From Vicugna vicugna (Eukaryota), in contig MU058153.1 in the NCBI GenBank assembly GCA_013265495.1, positions 62,001-126,000 on the forward strand: a DNA stretch of 64,000 nt. Reading direction: 5' to 3'. Position 1 is the first letter of the stretch; each line of letters starts with the position of its first letter. Of this stretch, positions 1-12,062 are shown one piece after another. Under the pieces are notes generated by a model that saw only the letters and a program-made list of their open reading frames with translations, searched no databases and had not been told where the DNA came from. The position numbers and the translations under genes are program-made.

Positions 1-84
1 TTTTTAACAGAGGTACTGAGGATTGAATCTGGGACCTTGTGCATGCTAAGCATACACTCTACCACTGAGCTATACCCTTCCCCC
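1..84 (-). mobile_element. tRNA-derived SINE (camelid Vic-1-like), tail cut by window edge
   Basis: Reverse complement reads GGGGGAAGGGTATAGCTCAGTGGTAGAGTGTATGCTTAGCATGCACAAGGTCCCAGATTCAATCCTCAGTACCTC, with Pol III A/B boxes. Three further similar copies occur in the window. Confidence 0.85.
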
Positions 85-389
85 ATGCATTTCATAATTT
101 CTATAATTCCTGTTCTTAAGTCAAAGTAAAAATATTATACAAATCATTTTATGGTATAAAATAAGGAGTGAAGGAAGTAGGAAAGAGAAGGCAACAATTA
201 GTGGTCTAGCGGTCTGGGGTTTAAGATTACCTTTCACATTAGTGCAGCTTCGTGAACCATTTGAACGGTTGGTATTTATGTGTGGTGCACAAAGGCTGAG
301 CTGCCATCAGCAGTTTTCTGAATGTCGCTTGAACTCCTGTCAAGTAACGGGATATTCATTCATCTTCATCAGCTATAAATTTGGAATCC

Positions 390-700
390 CAATTCAATTT
401 AAAAATATTTATTGAGCTCTTAATATGTGCCAGGCGCTCTGCCAGGCACTGGAGCTACAGAGGCAAACAACACACAGTGCATGACCTCAAGGCTTTCCAT
501 TTAGACAGAGGAGAGACATGTTTGAAAAACAAAAACAAAACAAACGCAAGCAAGCAAACTAAACCCACCAAATTCAGTGCGATTATTACAACGAAGTCTG
601 TGTGAGGGCAGGGACTCAGTCTGTCTTACCCGCTTTTCATCCTTGGTGCCAAACGTGGTGCCCAAAGTGCAGAAGACCATCAACAGCTGTTTGTTCAATT
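390..700. mobile_element. Two L2 3'-end fragments (minus ~390-595, plus ~595-700)
   Basis: 'aaatatttattgagctcttaatatgtgccaggc' and 'gagggcagggactcagtctgtctt...' resemble the L2 3' terminus. Confidence 0.65.
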
Positions 701-1009
701 TTATTTTGATGAATGAAAAGTGAAACTGTCAAAGAATTCCCAGGGTAGGCAGTACCAGAATTCCTTCTTCAAATAAAATATTAGTTTCTAATCTTTCTTA
801 GAAGCAATTCCAAATGTGAATAATTAGGTCTGGTGTAAATGAGCTGTTCTTATATTTGAAGATTGCACTACATGCATGTCTTATTCAGCAGGAATGGGAG
901 ACTTAACTACAGGTGGAAAACTTCTTCAAAGACTTGCGCAGAGCGCAGATCTGCCTTCCTTTCCATTTTACTAATGGAAATCAGCTGGAGGGCTAAACAT
1001 ACGGACAAG

Positions 1010-1205
1010 ACAGCCTGTAAAGGGAAAAGAGCATGGATTTTGAGTCAGAGCAACCTGGATTTAGCCATGGTGCTCTAATATCCAGCTGGGTGACCTAGAG
1101 TAAATTGCTTACTCTCCCTGAGCTTGCTTCTTGATCTTTAAAAATGAAGGGTTAGATACATCTCAGGGTTATTGTGGAAATTAAATAAAATAATGTGTGA
1201 AATTT
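1010..1205 (+). mobile_element. MIR SINE
   Basis: MIR core-like 'agctgggtgacctagagtaaattgcttactctccctgagc...tctttaaaaatg...cagggttattgtggaaattaaataa'. Confidence 0.75.
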
Positions 1206-1234
1206 TCTATGAAAATTAGAGATAATGAATGTGG

Positions 1235-1613
1235 CGTACTAATTTTCGAGGGCTACCATAACAACGTAGTACAGTTTGAGTGGCTTAAACAGCAGAAATT
1301 TATTTTGCCACAATTTTGGAGGCCAGAGGTCTGAGAGCAAGGCATGGGCAGGCTTGGTGTCTTCTGAGGCCTGTTTCTGCGGCTTGGGAGACGGATGCTT
1401 TTTCTCTGTGTCTTCACATGTCTTCCTCTGTGTTTATGTCTGTGTCCTGTTCTCCTTTTCTCCATATTGGCTTAGGGCTGACTCTAATGATCTCTTTTTA
1501 ACTAAATTACCTCCTTAAAGGTCCTACCTCCACGTAGAGTGGCATTCTGGGGGACTAAGGGATTAGGACTTCAACATATGAAATTTGGGAGGGACACAGT
1601 TCAGCCCACAACA
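1235..1613 (-). mobile_element. MLT1A-like MaLR solo LTR
   Basis: 'gtggcttaaacagcagaaatttatt...ggaggccagaggtctgag...ttaggacttcaacatatgaa...gacacagttcagcccacaaca'. Confidence 0.85.
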
Positions 1614-1919
1614 CATGAGTTTCCTTTCTTATTTCTTCTTCATTAATTTTTTGGTAGAATTTTGATATTGTAATTCATTGAAAGCTACTGGTGAATGAAA
1701 GACAACTCTCCCCACCCCCACCACCCCAAAAGCATGCAAAGCTGTGGGCGTGGCTTAGCAGGATGAAGGTTCTTCTTCAGGATCAGTGTTTATTCTTAGA
1801 TGTAACGTGGGTTTAACGCAGATACATTATGACATTGTAGACCTGATAGAAAATAGAAAGCTTCATCAGCTACTTAAAAATGTTTTGTATGTTTATCCAC
1901 AAACTTAAATAGAAAGAAA

Positions 1920-2400
1920 TTGGAGTTCATGGGCTATTTTCAGCTCTTTCGACAACACTTAAAACTTGATTCCCACTAACATGCTGTATAAACAAGAAAC
2001 AGGTGTAATAAAGCTAAGTATATAGATACTCAATGTTGCAGGACTTACTGATTGTCCTGGCCGAGCTCAGACAGGTGCAATATCACCAGCGTCATTTTCT
2101 GTGCATAGTAAAATTGATATAAAGAGTAACTCAATAGAAGAGATACAGTCTGCTGTGAAGAGTTTATAACACTTGTCATAATGGATCTGTCAGAAAAAAA
2201 ATGTTTACAGTTCATTGCAGAATATAAAATGTTTGCTAAATCAGCAGTAAAAGTCGAAGCTCAGATAAATTTGCAGCAAGGGTAGCAACACAACACAGCA
2301 TAACATAAATACACCCAGCAGGAGAGCAGAAGAAGAAAAAAAAGCAGCAGCAACTTAGTTCCGAGCAGGATTTGATTTACGTCATACAGAAATATAAGGG
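1920..2400 (+). mobile_element. Possible highly degraded CR1/L3 LINE 3' fragment
   Basis: Weak resemblance to the L3 3' region (e.g. 'gtcctggccgagctcagacagg...gtcattttctgtgca...gaagagtttataacacttgtcataatgga'). Confidence 0.3.
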
Positions 2401-2999
2401 GTATTAGGAAGATCAGGGCATCAGAATGCTAACACAAATCAAGATGTCCTGTGCCAGGTGGGATTGCTTGCACAACAATAAATGGTGGCAGTGCCAGGTA
2501 AGAGGCAGCAGCTACTTTTTGAGTTCATTTCAAGTTGGGAAGTTTCTGTGTGTGGGGTGGCCATGTAATTCTGAATACTGTATTTGGATGTCCGACTGGA
2601 ACTCAACTGTGTGGACCGTCACCTGACCATTGGTGCAGCTCTTCTCAGATAGAGAATTGCTGGTTCTGAATTTTGAAAAGGAAAAAAGGGCTATAAAAGA
2701 AAGGTTAATGCTATTTTAGGAAACAACTCTTCTTGGTAGGAAGAAGTTGGGAAATAGAGTTAAGAGTGTCTCTGTCTTCAAAGTAACAGGAGAAGGCCCT
2801 TCCAACGGTGTTAGTTCTCTGTGACCGCTCATCCTGATGACTGCTGTGTGGATCAGGAGTGATCCCCAAACATAAGTTGGACAAATACATCTCTTTCCAC
2901 CAGAATTCGGAATTGCTTGTGAATGGGGTAGTCTCTGCGTCATTAAATCTGTAATATGCTTGCTCCTCTGTGACATTGCATTCCATGCAGCCCACCACT

Positions 3000-5900
3000 G
3001 GTCTAGAAAGGGTATGTACATCTCTGTGCCCAATTGCTGCTTCCAGATAATTCTTCTTCCCACCTCCTCACAGATTCCCACTACTCAGCCTTGTTGTCCT
3101 CACCTGCACACTCTTGGGTCACTCCTTAATTCCTTGAAGATTGTAGCCCTTGGTATATTGTTTCATTCTCCAGCTATACCCCCATCATAACTATTAGTGA
3201 TTTTAATGTCCATGTGGATGAGAATTCCATTATCTTGGACTTTCAATTCCTAACCTTCTCTGATTCAATAACTGTGTCCTCCACTACATTAACCACTTAT
3301 TGCCAAAGTCATATCGTAGGTCAAGATATGACCTGTAAATATAGTCTCCCTGTAGTTGAAATGTTAGGCATTCCACATTTAGACCATCCCTCTCATCTAA
3401 GTTGCTCCTTGTAGCATCTGAATAACAAATTTTCCACTTTGCCAGGACCTTCGGTCTTTGATTTTACCTCATTTTTTAATGGCCTTCATATCCTACTTTC
3501 TGTGTCCTCATTTTGATTCTTGAACAGTTTGGATTTCATGGTTCAACACTGCAATAACTCCCTTGCATGTATTTCCAATTATCTTGTTCATTTCTTACTT
3601 TATATACTCACCTGAAAAAATTCTAACCTTGATCATGTCTAACTCTCTTCCCGTAGCTTGGCTAAACTTCACAACTGAACATGGCTGGAGAAAAACACAA
3701 CCATCCTGCTTTGTCTGACTGTAAAACTTCAGCCACTACTCTTACTTCTGCCCAACACTCCTAATTACGTTTCTCTATTCATGCTCACAAACCTAGTGCA
3801 CCTCTTCTGTTTTTTCCTTGAACATCCAGCACCTCCTCTTCTCTCCTCATACTCAGATGTCTGCCGTATGTTCTATTTCACTGAGAAAATAGAAACTGAG
3901 GGAAGAACTCCCACAAATTTCCACCTTCAAGCCTGCATCTTTGCCCATGGATTTCTTCCTTTACTTCTGTTAAAATGAAAGAACTCTTTGCACTCTTCTC
4001 TGGGGGTCAGCATCTCCACTTGAACATTGGTCCCATCCTCTTTAACCCACTTAAGAACATCATTTCATTAATTCATCTTTTCTTCTTCATGATTAATTTT
4101 CATTATCTACCAGATCCTTTTTCCAAGCCTATAATATCTCTCATCTTAAATAAGAGCAGCAACAAGAAAAACCTCTTTTGATTACTCTCTCTCCACCTAT
4201 TGCTCAGTTCTCTGATCCTGCTCCTCTCACAGCAAAGTTTATCAGTACCTGCTGTCTCTAATTCTTCTTTTCTCCCATACTCTCTTGAACCATCCTAATC
4301 AATCTTTCCACACCCTTTATAACACTGCTTTTGTAAACATCAGCATTGACCTTCTTGTGACTAAACAGAACAGTCCTTATTCTGTTCATTTGGTGATCAG
4401 AATTTGATGCAGTTGATTGCTACTTCCTTAATTTTTAAATCTTTCTTCCATTGGCTTATAGAGCATCGGAGATTCTTGATTCTCTCTTATTTTGCTGGCC
4501 TCTTGATCTTAATGTCCTTTGCTAGTCCTCTTTTATTGCCTCGGCAACTAAACTTCTCAGTTCTTAGATATCTCTGTCTATCCTCACTCTCTTTGAATAT
4601 CCATGTTCTCACTTAAACTCATGGCTTTAAATATCATTTATCTGTTGTTAATCTTCAAATATATATCTTTATCCCAACCGTTCTCTTCTGAAATTCAGAT
4701 TCATGTATCAAATTTCCTACTCATCTTCTTCACTTGGAAGTATAAAATACACCTCAAATTTGATGTGTCCCAAACTGAATTCCTGATTTTCTTCCTCACA
4801 TACCTTCCAAAGTCACTGTTCCCATACGATGGCAACTCCATCCTTCTACGTATTGAGGTCAAAATATTCATGGAAAGAAAGTGCCAATTGTTGATTTGTG
4901 GCCTCTTTTATTCTCAGGGATAACTGATGATTCAAATTTTGATCAAATCTTCCACCATTACAGTAACTCGTGAAATTTACAGGCATGTAAGAGATCCAAG
5001 CTCAAATTCTGGCCAAGGTTATTATATACAGGACCAAGCACCTGTACCTCATTGTTGAGATTATTTGTCAAGTAATGACTAACCAATATTTAAGAGATGC
5101 AGCTGCACCAGAAAATGAGCATAAAATATAAAAGCTGAGGGGACCACAGAGCTGACAGTTTCCCTGAGCTGACATCAACCTGTTCCTATCAACTTCTTTT
5201 CTTATGAACTTGTATATGCAAAAAGCAAAGTGATTTGGGGGCTTCAGAAATTGCTATATGAGTCAGAAGATCTCTGCTGTGCTATTGTCATGGATTCTAC
5301 ATTGATTCTTATCCTGCATTATTTTTAAGCTAAGTAAGCATGATGTTTGGTGAAATAAGATATCCAATAAATTTGACCATCAGCCTGAAGCAAGACCAAA
5401 GCTGCAGGCCAATTGTTATGAGTGTTGCTGTTTAGAATCACATTCTTCTCATTTTCTTCTCCCATTCCACCTATTCAGTCAGTTAACGAGTTCTGTTGGC
5501 TGTATTTTCCAAATATCTTCAGAATCTGAAAAAATTTCACTTACCTGCACTGCGCTAATCCTGATCTTAGCCATAGATAATTCTCTCTTAGTTGCTGTAA
5601 TAGCCTTTTAACTGGTGTCTCTGTCCTTACCCTGTCCACCCACTTCTCCAAACTGCAAGTAAAATGTTCCTTTCAAGATGAGTCAGTCATGTCACTCTTC
5701 TGAGAATCCTCCTAGTGGTTTTCTATGTCACTCAAAGTAAAAGTCAGGTACTTACAGTGACCTATAAAGCTCTACTTGGCCTTGCTGCTGCTCTAAAATC
5801 TCATCTCCTTTACTTTCCGTATTAATCTCTCTACTCTGGTCACACTGGCACCCTTGTTGTTTCTTGCAAATGACCAGACCTCCACCAGGAGGACTTTGCA

Positions 5901-6255
5901 CCTGCAGTTCTTTCTGCTAGAAGGTTCTTTCTCAGAATATTTGCCTGACTTTTCCACTCACCTCCTCTAGGACCTTGCTCCAACATCATCTTCTCAATGA
6001 AGCTTTCCTTGACTAAAGATAATCGAGGAATCTAAACTTACAGCCCCTCCCTTTCTCCATTTTTCTTCCTATTCCTTAACAACCTCTGACATATTAAATA
6101 AATGATTTATTTGTTTATTACCTGTCTCCGTCTCCTAGAATGTCAGCTCTAGTAGGACATGACTTTCTGTTTGCTTATTCACTTCTGTTTGTGTAGTGCC
6201 TAGAATAAGCCCAAGACTTGGTAGCTGCTCAATAAATATTAGTCGAATAAAGTAG
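3000..6255 (+). mobile_element. Long L2 LINE fragment (ORF2 relic plus 3' end), interrupted at 4871-5442
   Basis: CT-rich L2 motifs 'catggctggagaaaaacacaacc', 'catggctttaaatatcattta', 'cacctcaaatttgatgtgtcccaaactgaattc', and terminus 'tagctgctcaataaatattagtcgaataaa'. Confidence 0.85.
4871..5442 (+). mobile_element. Unassigned solo-LTR-like insertion inside L2
   Basis: The L2 sequence resumes in register after it. TG...CA ends, TATAAAA at 5127, AATAAA at 5366, flanks ttca/ttct. Confidence 0.55.
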
Positions 6256-6272
6256 GCTATTAAAAATACCTG

Positions 6273-6646
6273 ATGTAATGGAGACTCTGGCCCCTTCACT
6301 GGTCCATTTTTATGGGTCCACTCATGCTCCAGCTGGTGTGAGTTCACTGTTAATGTCACACAGGTGATTACTTCTCTGGGGAGACAGCCCACTGCTAATG
6401 TCTGGTTATACAGTGGTACAAAAGGCTGTCCTCTTCACTCAAAGAAGGACTAACTGTGGCACATTGATTGTCCAGACACTGAGGTCAGACTAAAGATAGT
6501 CTTCAGCTGAAAACATAACCTGGGTTAGTATTTTCCATCTCTCCACCCAGATTTCTTCACTCTACTTCTCAGTTTCCTCTTTTAACAAATCACTTGAATA
6601 AGAAGTTCTCACATTAAGCTCTACTTCTAGGAACCCAGTCTAAGGT
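6273..6646 (+). mobile_element. LTR16-like ERVL solo LTR
   Basis: 3' end 'aacaaatcacttgaataagaagttctcacattaagctctacttctaggaacccagtctaag' is typical of the LTR16 group. Confidence 0.6.
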
Positions 6647-7161
6647 CCCTGAAAATAGGAGAAGGATTTATTAAAAAATTTATACATCTTTTCTTCAATC
6701 TATTTTTTGAAGGAAAAATAGAGAAGGCAGTGAAATGGAGAAGGTTACTTCTATGGAACATTTCAATGAACACATATTAAAAGTGACATATTATGTAAGT
6801 CCATGGATTCTTGGGGTGTAAAAGAGTAAAATCTCTCAGACTTTCAGTTTAGTTCTTGCCTCTATCACATACTTGGGGATCAAAGAAAATTTAACTACTA
6901 GCTTCAGATGAGCTATAAGATTGTGGACATTTTTGTTAGACTCTTTGAGCCACATATATAGTTTAGAATTAAAATAAAAATCCCTAGTTTTCAGGGCTAA
7001 AGTAAGAATTATATAAGATCATGTCAGTGAAACTACATAATATAGTTCCCTACATGTGATCTATAAATCAACATAGATTCCCATTGGAGGAATAAGGGCA
7101 GAGGCAAGACACTAAAGCAGATTCTCAAAACTTTTGTCTAAATGTGTTTTTTTTTTAAACT

Positions 7162-7596
7162 TGTTGCAGGTTGAGTTCCTTGGGAGATAGACTCTGAGAC
7201 AATGGTTAGGTTGCAGTATGTTCATTAAGGAGTGTCCTTGGGATCAACACTCATGGAAATTAAAAAAAAAAAAAGTAAGTTTGGGCAGAGGGAAAAGATA
7301 TATTGATATGTAGGTCCACTGACAGTCTTCACCAACCCTCAGGAAGTGTTGGATCTTGAATGTCCCCTCAAAATTTTTCCCTGTTTGGCTCAAGTGGCCA
7401 CGCCTTTATGGTCCCATACTGATTAGTCACTGACATGACCAACCATGGGAGTGGGTGTGATCTTGAGCTAAGCATCTCTTTGCAGCTGAGGCAATCCCTG
7501 ATGGTGCTGATGGCTCAAGGCTGCTGACAACATTCCTGGGAGCTAGGGAAAAAAGCTGAAGGGGAAGCCAGGTAGCACATAACATTGGTTACCACA
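7162..7596 (-). mobile_element. LTR33-like ERVL solo LTR
   Basis: 'tgcaggttgagttccttgggagatagactctgaga...gagtgtccttgggatcaacac...tttgcagctgaggcaatccctg...ttaccaca'. Confidence 0.7.
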
Positions 7597-7636
7597 AATC
7601 CTAATATTTTGGAAGGAAATGGAGACCTCTCTTCTT

Positions 7637-7900
7637 TCATTCCATCACTCACTCAAGAAGTATCTATTGAGATCTTATTTTGTGGATGGCAATATGCTAA
7701 GTACTAGAGGTATAATGAAGAATAAAAAAAATTGGTCCTTGACCTTGAAAAGTTAATGGTCAAATGTGGCAGAAGACTTGTTTGTAAACAAATAAATACA
7801 AGCTGGTGAGAGCTATTTCAGAACTAAGAGGGAAAAAAGTGCTGTGGGAACAAAAAGGACAGAACAGACAACTCAGCATGGGAATTTGGGGAACACTTCA
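7637..7900 (-). mobile_element. L2 3' fragment
   Basis: 'cactcactcaagaagtatctattgag...atgctaagtactagaggtataatgaagaataa'. Confidence 0.6.
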
Positions 7901-8609
7901 CCTTGGCTTCACCACTCATTTATGTCTAAGTCACTGAGCTGTTTCTACAGACAACTACAAAGAAATTGCTTACATAATACATCACTTTCAGTAGGTGCTC
8001 ACTGAAACATTTTAAACTGTTCTTTAGAGCAAGACTTTGTCTCCAGACAAATGTGTGCCCCAAACTATCCATTTAACTTATGGCATATAGCAAATCACGT
8101 TCTTTCTCAAAAATTACAAAGACTTAGGCATGTGTGTCAAGGGATGTGTATTCTTCAACTCAGGGAAATTTTAAGTGGCTGAAGGTAAGTATCTTTAGGA
8201 AAAAAAGATTTATTTAAGGGGAAAAATATATTCACTGGCACTATTTACTGTCAAGCTGATTCAACATGGTGGTCAGACATAAGTACTCAACAAATGCTGA
8301 TTATTATTCATTAATAAAAATTACTGAGTCACTCAATAATCAAATGCACACCGAGGGCCCATAATAATCAGGAATTACTGAAATAATATGTCTTTATGCT
8401 TATTAAAAGCATAAGTCACACTCCCATGACGTGAGTCTTGAAACTGATGTGATCACTGTCTGAACAGCATGTATTTTAATCACTGATGTCGAGGTATATT
8501 TATGAATTTTTGGAAATGCCCTAAAATAAAACCTTAAAAACATTCCAGCTGAAAGTTCAAAGAAACTGAGGAAAACCAGAGCTTGGTTTGGAAATTGGCC
8601 ATGGAAAGC

Positions 8610-8800
8610 AGTTTGGAGTAACATAAAACAAGGGGCTTTTGAATCACAGGGAACTGTGGCTTTGTGCTTAATCCCTCTGAGCCTTAATTTCTTCATCTGT
8701 TAGAGACGGAAAATAATATTCTCCCCAAGAGTTAATGTGATGTTTAAATAAGATGATAAATGTTAAGTGCTTGGCTCAGAGTAAGTACTCACAAGTGTCA
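8610..8800 (+). mobile_element. MIR SINE
   Basis: 'cttaatccctctgagccttaatttcttcatctgttagag...atgtttaaataagatgataaatgttaagtgcttggc'. Confidence 0.7.
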
Positions 8801-9044
8801 GTCTCTTTGCCTTTCCATTCCCTAAAACACTTTCTAAGAAAATTATGATGAGGGGTTACAACATTTAACAGGACCAGCTCCATCAGTGAATGAAAATAGC
8901 TCTTCCATTTCAGTCTTCAGAAAGGTTAATGTCAATACACATTATAAATAACGGTTGCATCAGTAATGACCTGTACTGTCATTTACATAAATGGATGAGA
9001 GTCAAAGTGCCTGGTATACATAGAAAACTTTGAGGGTCTTTATA

Positions 9045-9265
9045 AAACAGCAGAAAGACCATGGGCCTTGCTGCATGTAGACTTGAATTTTAATTCCAGC
9101 ATCCCTGAGAACTAACCGTGTGACCTTGCAGCTGGGATTACTTAACCTCTCTGAGAATCCATCATTCACAGAAAATTGGGGATCAAATATTCCGACTGCA
9201 CAAGGCTTTTGTAAGGATCAACTAAGATAACATGCATTAAGTGCTGGGTATAGTCATGGTGTTTT
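9045..9265 (+). mobile_element. MIR SINE
   Basis: 'tgtgaccttg...ttacttaacctctctgag...ttgtaaggatcaactaagataacatgcattaagtgct'. Confidence 0.7.
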
Positions 9266-9994
9266 AGTCAGTCAGTGAGTTGGCATAGAATCTGGCGGCA
9301 CCTCTAAGAATTTCACACCCGTCATCCCCTTTTGATTCTCCTAATTCACCCCTAATCTCTATAACTGGCTCCTTCTTACTTGATGTTATAAAAGTCTTGA
9401 ATATAATTTCTCGAGTGACGTCAGCCTTCTTGGTAGTTGGCTGCAGGCCCATCCACTAAATTTTATTCCAATTTATCAAACAGCACGCAAGATTGTGCTT
9501 AGTCGTACGGAAATGGAGTTTCAGAACATAAACATTCATAGGACTGCAGGTTGTTAGGGCAGGAAGGGGCCTTAGAGACACCTACTCTCTTCACCTCATT
9601 TTACAGATGAGAAGGCTGTGCTGATTTCCCCCTTTCCTGGGACTTAGAATCTCATCCAGGCAAGTCATGGGCCGGAAACAAGGTACAACTGACATTAGCT
9701 CATGGTGTTTGGAATCACCTGCAGCCCATAAGGTAACACATTTTTTTCTGACCCTTGTTGCAAACTGGGGACGTTAATGACTATTATCAACTGGCACATG
9801 GTGTTCACTCCACACTATTAATCTATTTCATAATTTCTCTGTCCTCTATTTCTAAAGATGATAATGTCTTTGCTATCAGAGGCTATGCTTATAAATCGTT
9901 GATGTCCCAGAGAAATCCATGAATGTTGGTAGATTGAAACTTTTATTTTAAAATTGACAAAACTTTAACAACTGACTGCCCCAATGATTACTGA

Positions 9995-10225
9995 ATAATA
10001 GCCATCATTTGTTGAGCACTAATGTTTCTCCAAGCACTGTTTTTTCGTGATTCACATTTACTACCTCTTTTGATTTTTATATCCATCTCTGACGTCAGTA
10101 CTATTATTATGACCACTTTACAGATGAGAAAAAATGAGTCACAGGTGTTAACTTGTTAATAATTTGCCGAAATTCACAATAAGGGGGCAGATGTGGATTT
10201 AACCCAGGCAAGCTGAGTGTCCACT
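9995..10225 (-). mobile_element. MIR SINE
   Basis: 'catttgttgagcactaatg...ctattattatgaccactttacagatgagaaaaaatgag...ggatttaacccaggc'. Confidence 0.75.
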
Positions 10226-10987
10226 GAACGGATGAATGTTTTACTCACAAGACCATTGTTAGAAGATCAGGAGTAAAATGATCTGATGCATTTTCTTCAA
10301 TGTTGTTGGTTCCTGTTGTTGCTGTTGTTTCTAATCTCGCCTCATTCTTGGATCTCTGTTTTGTATATCACATTTTTGGAAACTATGGTAGTGTAAATAG
10401 ATCTGACCGCATGTGATGTTCAGAGGAAAAGCTCTTGCCCTGACCTAATGAGATCCCACAGCATCTTACTCAGAGTCCTTCCTGTCCTTGTCAGCAGCAG
10501 AATCAGCAGCTGTAGCCAAGAATGTCAGGAAAGAGGCTAGATTAAATATAAATATGTCTATGGAGTCATGTCTAAGGCAGACTTTTTAGGTCACTGCAGC
10601 TGGGAATAGAAAATGATTTTGAATTTTGAGTGTGAGGTTAATTTCTAAATAAGTGAGGCTGAAAAGTATAGTACATGGCACCTACGGGTACCAGCGACTG
10701 AGAAAAAATATTAAGAACATTTTAAAAAACATACCATGGGAAACATGCTGTGATATCTTTTGTTTATCTTTCCTCATAAAAAAAAATCCCAGCCAGGAAG
10801 ATTGTAAGGGAAACATGTATAATAACTTCCACTAGTGGCACTACTTGAAATGGAAACTTTTTTTTCCACTTAGCTAACTCTGTAACTATGGAGGAAAATG
10901 AATAACATAAATACAATATGTGCTAAACTCATCAGAACGCATGCTTGAAGTTTTCTATAAGCATTTGGGCTTTAAAGATCATTTGAG

Positions 10988-11930
10988 GGGATTTCTGGTT
11001 CTGGCCAAAATGAAGTAGCCCATTCCTCCTGGGTCCTCCTCCGTACAGCTGAAAAACTCTGGACACAGCACAAGAAACAAGCACGGGAAGATAGACAGTT
11101 TGAAAGCAGGCGGGTTACTTGGAGAATCTGGGACTTGAAAAATGAGAGTACTGAGTTCCCTGTTTCCTCACTGGCTCCCATATATTCCAGACAGGGCCCT
11201 GTAGAAGCGCTCAGTCCAGAACAGCCAACAGATCAAAAGAAGCTCTGAGAACGCCTGTTATTCCTGGTCCAATGACTGGGAAGTGATGGGCTAAAATAAC
11301 AACAACAACAAAACGTCTTGGCAAATACTCATTCTACTCAAGCCAAACCCCCACGGAGAATGCGTTACCCTCTCTGCTACGGTTTCAGGAGGGCTGATTG
11401 CATTGTTTGCGTTCTCCCCACCCACCCTACCCTCAGAAGTAGATGGGGCGCTAGGACCCCCCCACCTTCTGGGGGGCGGTGCCCAGCTACGCGCGAATCC
11501 CAGCTCAGCCAAGGTAGTGTATGTGGGCCTGAGCCGGGAGTTGGCCGTCCGTCCCCCGCACAGCAGAGGCAGGCTGTGGGTGTAGGGTCAGCAGGATCCA
11601 GGGACTGGCTGAGTCTCCGCCTCCATCCGGTAGCAGTCAGACTTCACTAAATGGCGAAAGTCAGAAGAAATCAGTGCCCCACTTTCCTCTGCCCCTGGTG
11701 TCAGTGGGATCTGGTGGAGGGCTGAAACTCCACACACCCACCTGGCACTGATGAGAATGACCAAGTCAGTGGGTGGTGAACTGAGAGCTGCTTAACACTC
11801 TGTTCCTGGCCACACACAACCCCTCACCCCGTGTCAGAGGGGCGCAGTGGGGAGCCGAGCCTCCAGCCCTATCTGTCCTCAGTGAAGCAAAGTGAGTTGG
11901 TTCCCAGTGGGGCTGGTTGAGACTTGCTAT
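10988..11930 (+). mobile_element. Old L1 (L1M-type) 5'UTR fragment, GC/CpG-rich
   Basis: Begins 'ggggatttctggttctggccaaaatgaagtagcc...aaaactctggacacagcacaagaaacaagc', the L1M 5'-end signature (gacttccggtt...caagatgg). No ORF1 follows. Confidence 0.6.
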
Positions 11931-11959
11931 CCTCTATTAACTGGATACCCTCTATTAAC

Positions 11960-12062
11960 TGCATTTTCTTTCCTTTTCCGATTTCCTACTCCTCTACAGA
12001 TGTTTCCTTTAGCTCCCAAACAAAATACTTGTACTTAGATCCTTGCCTCAGGTCACCTTCAA
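11960..12062 (+). mobile_element. LTR16/LTR33-like 3' fragment
   Basis: 'ctcccaaacaaaatacttgtacttagatccttgcctcagg'. Confidence 0.5.

Noticed and set aside
11291..11650. GC-rich ORFs suggesting a first coding exon
   Set aside because: They lie in an L1 5'UTR relic; GC richness suppresses stops, and the peptides show no recognisable homology.
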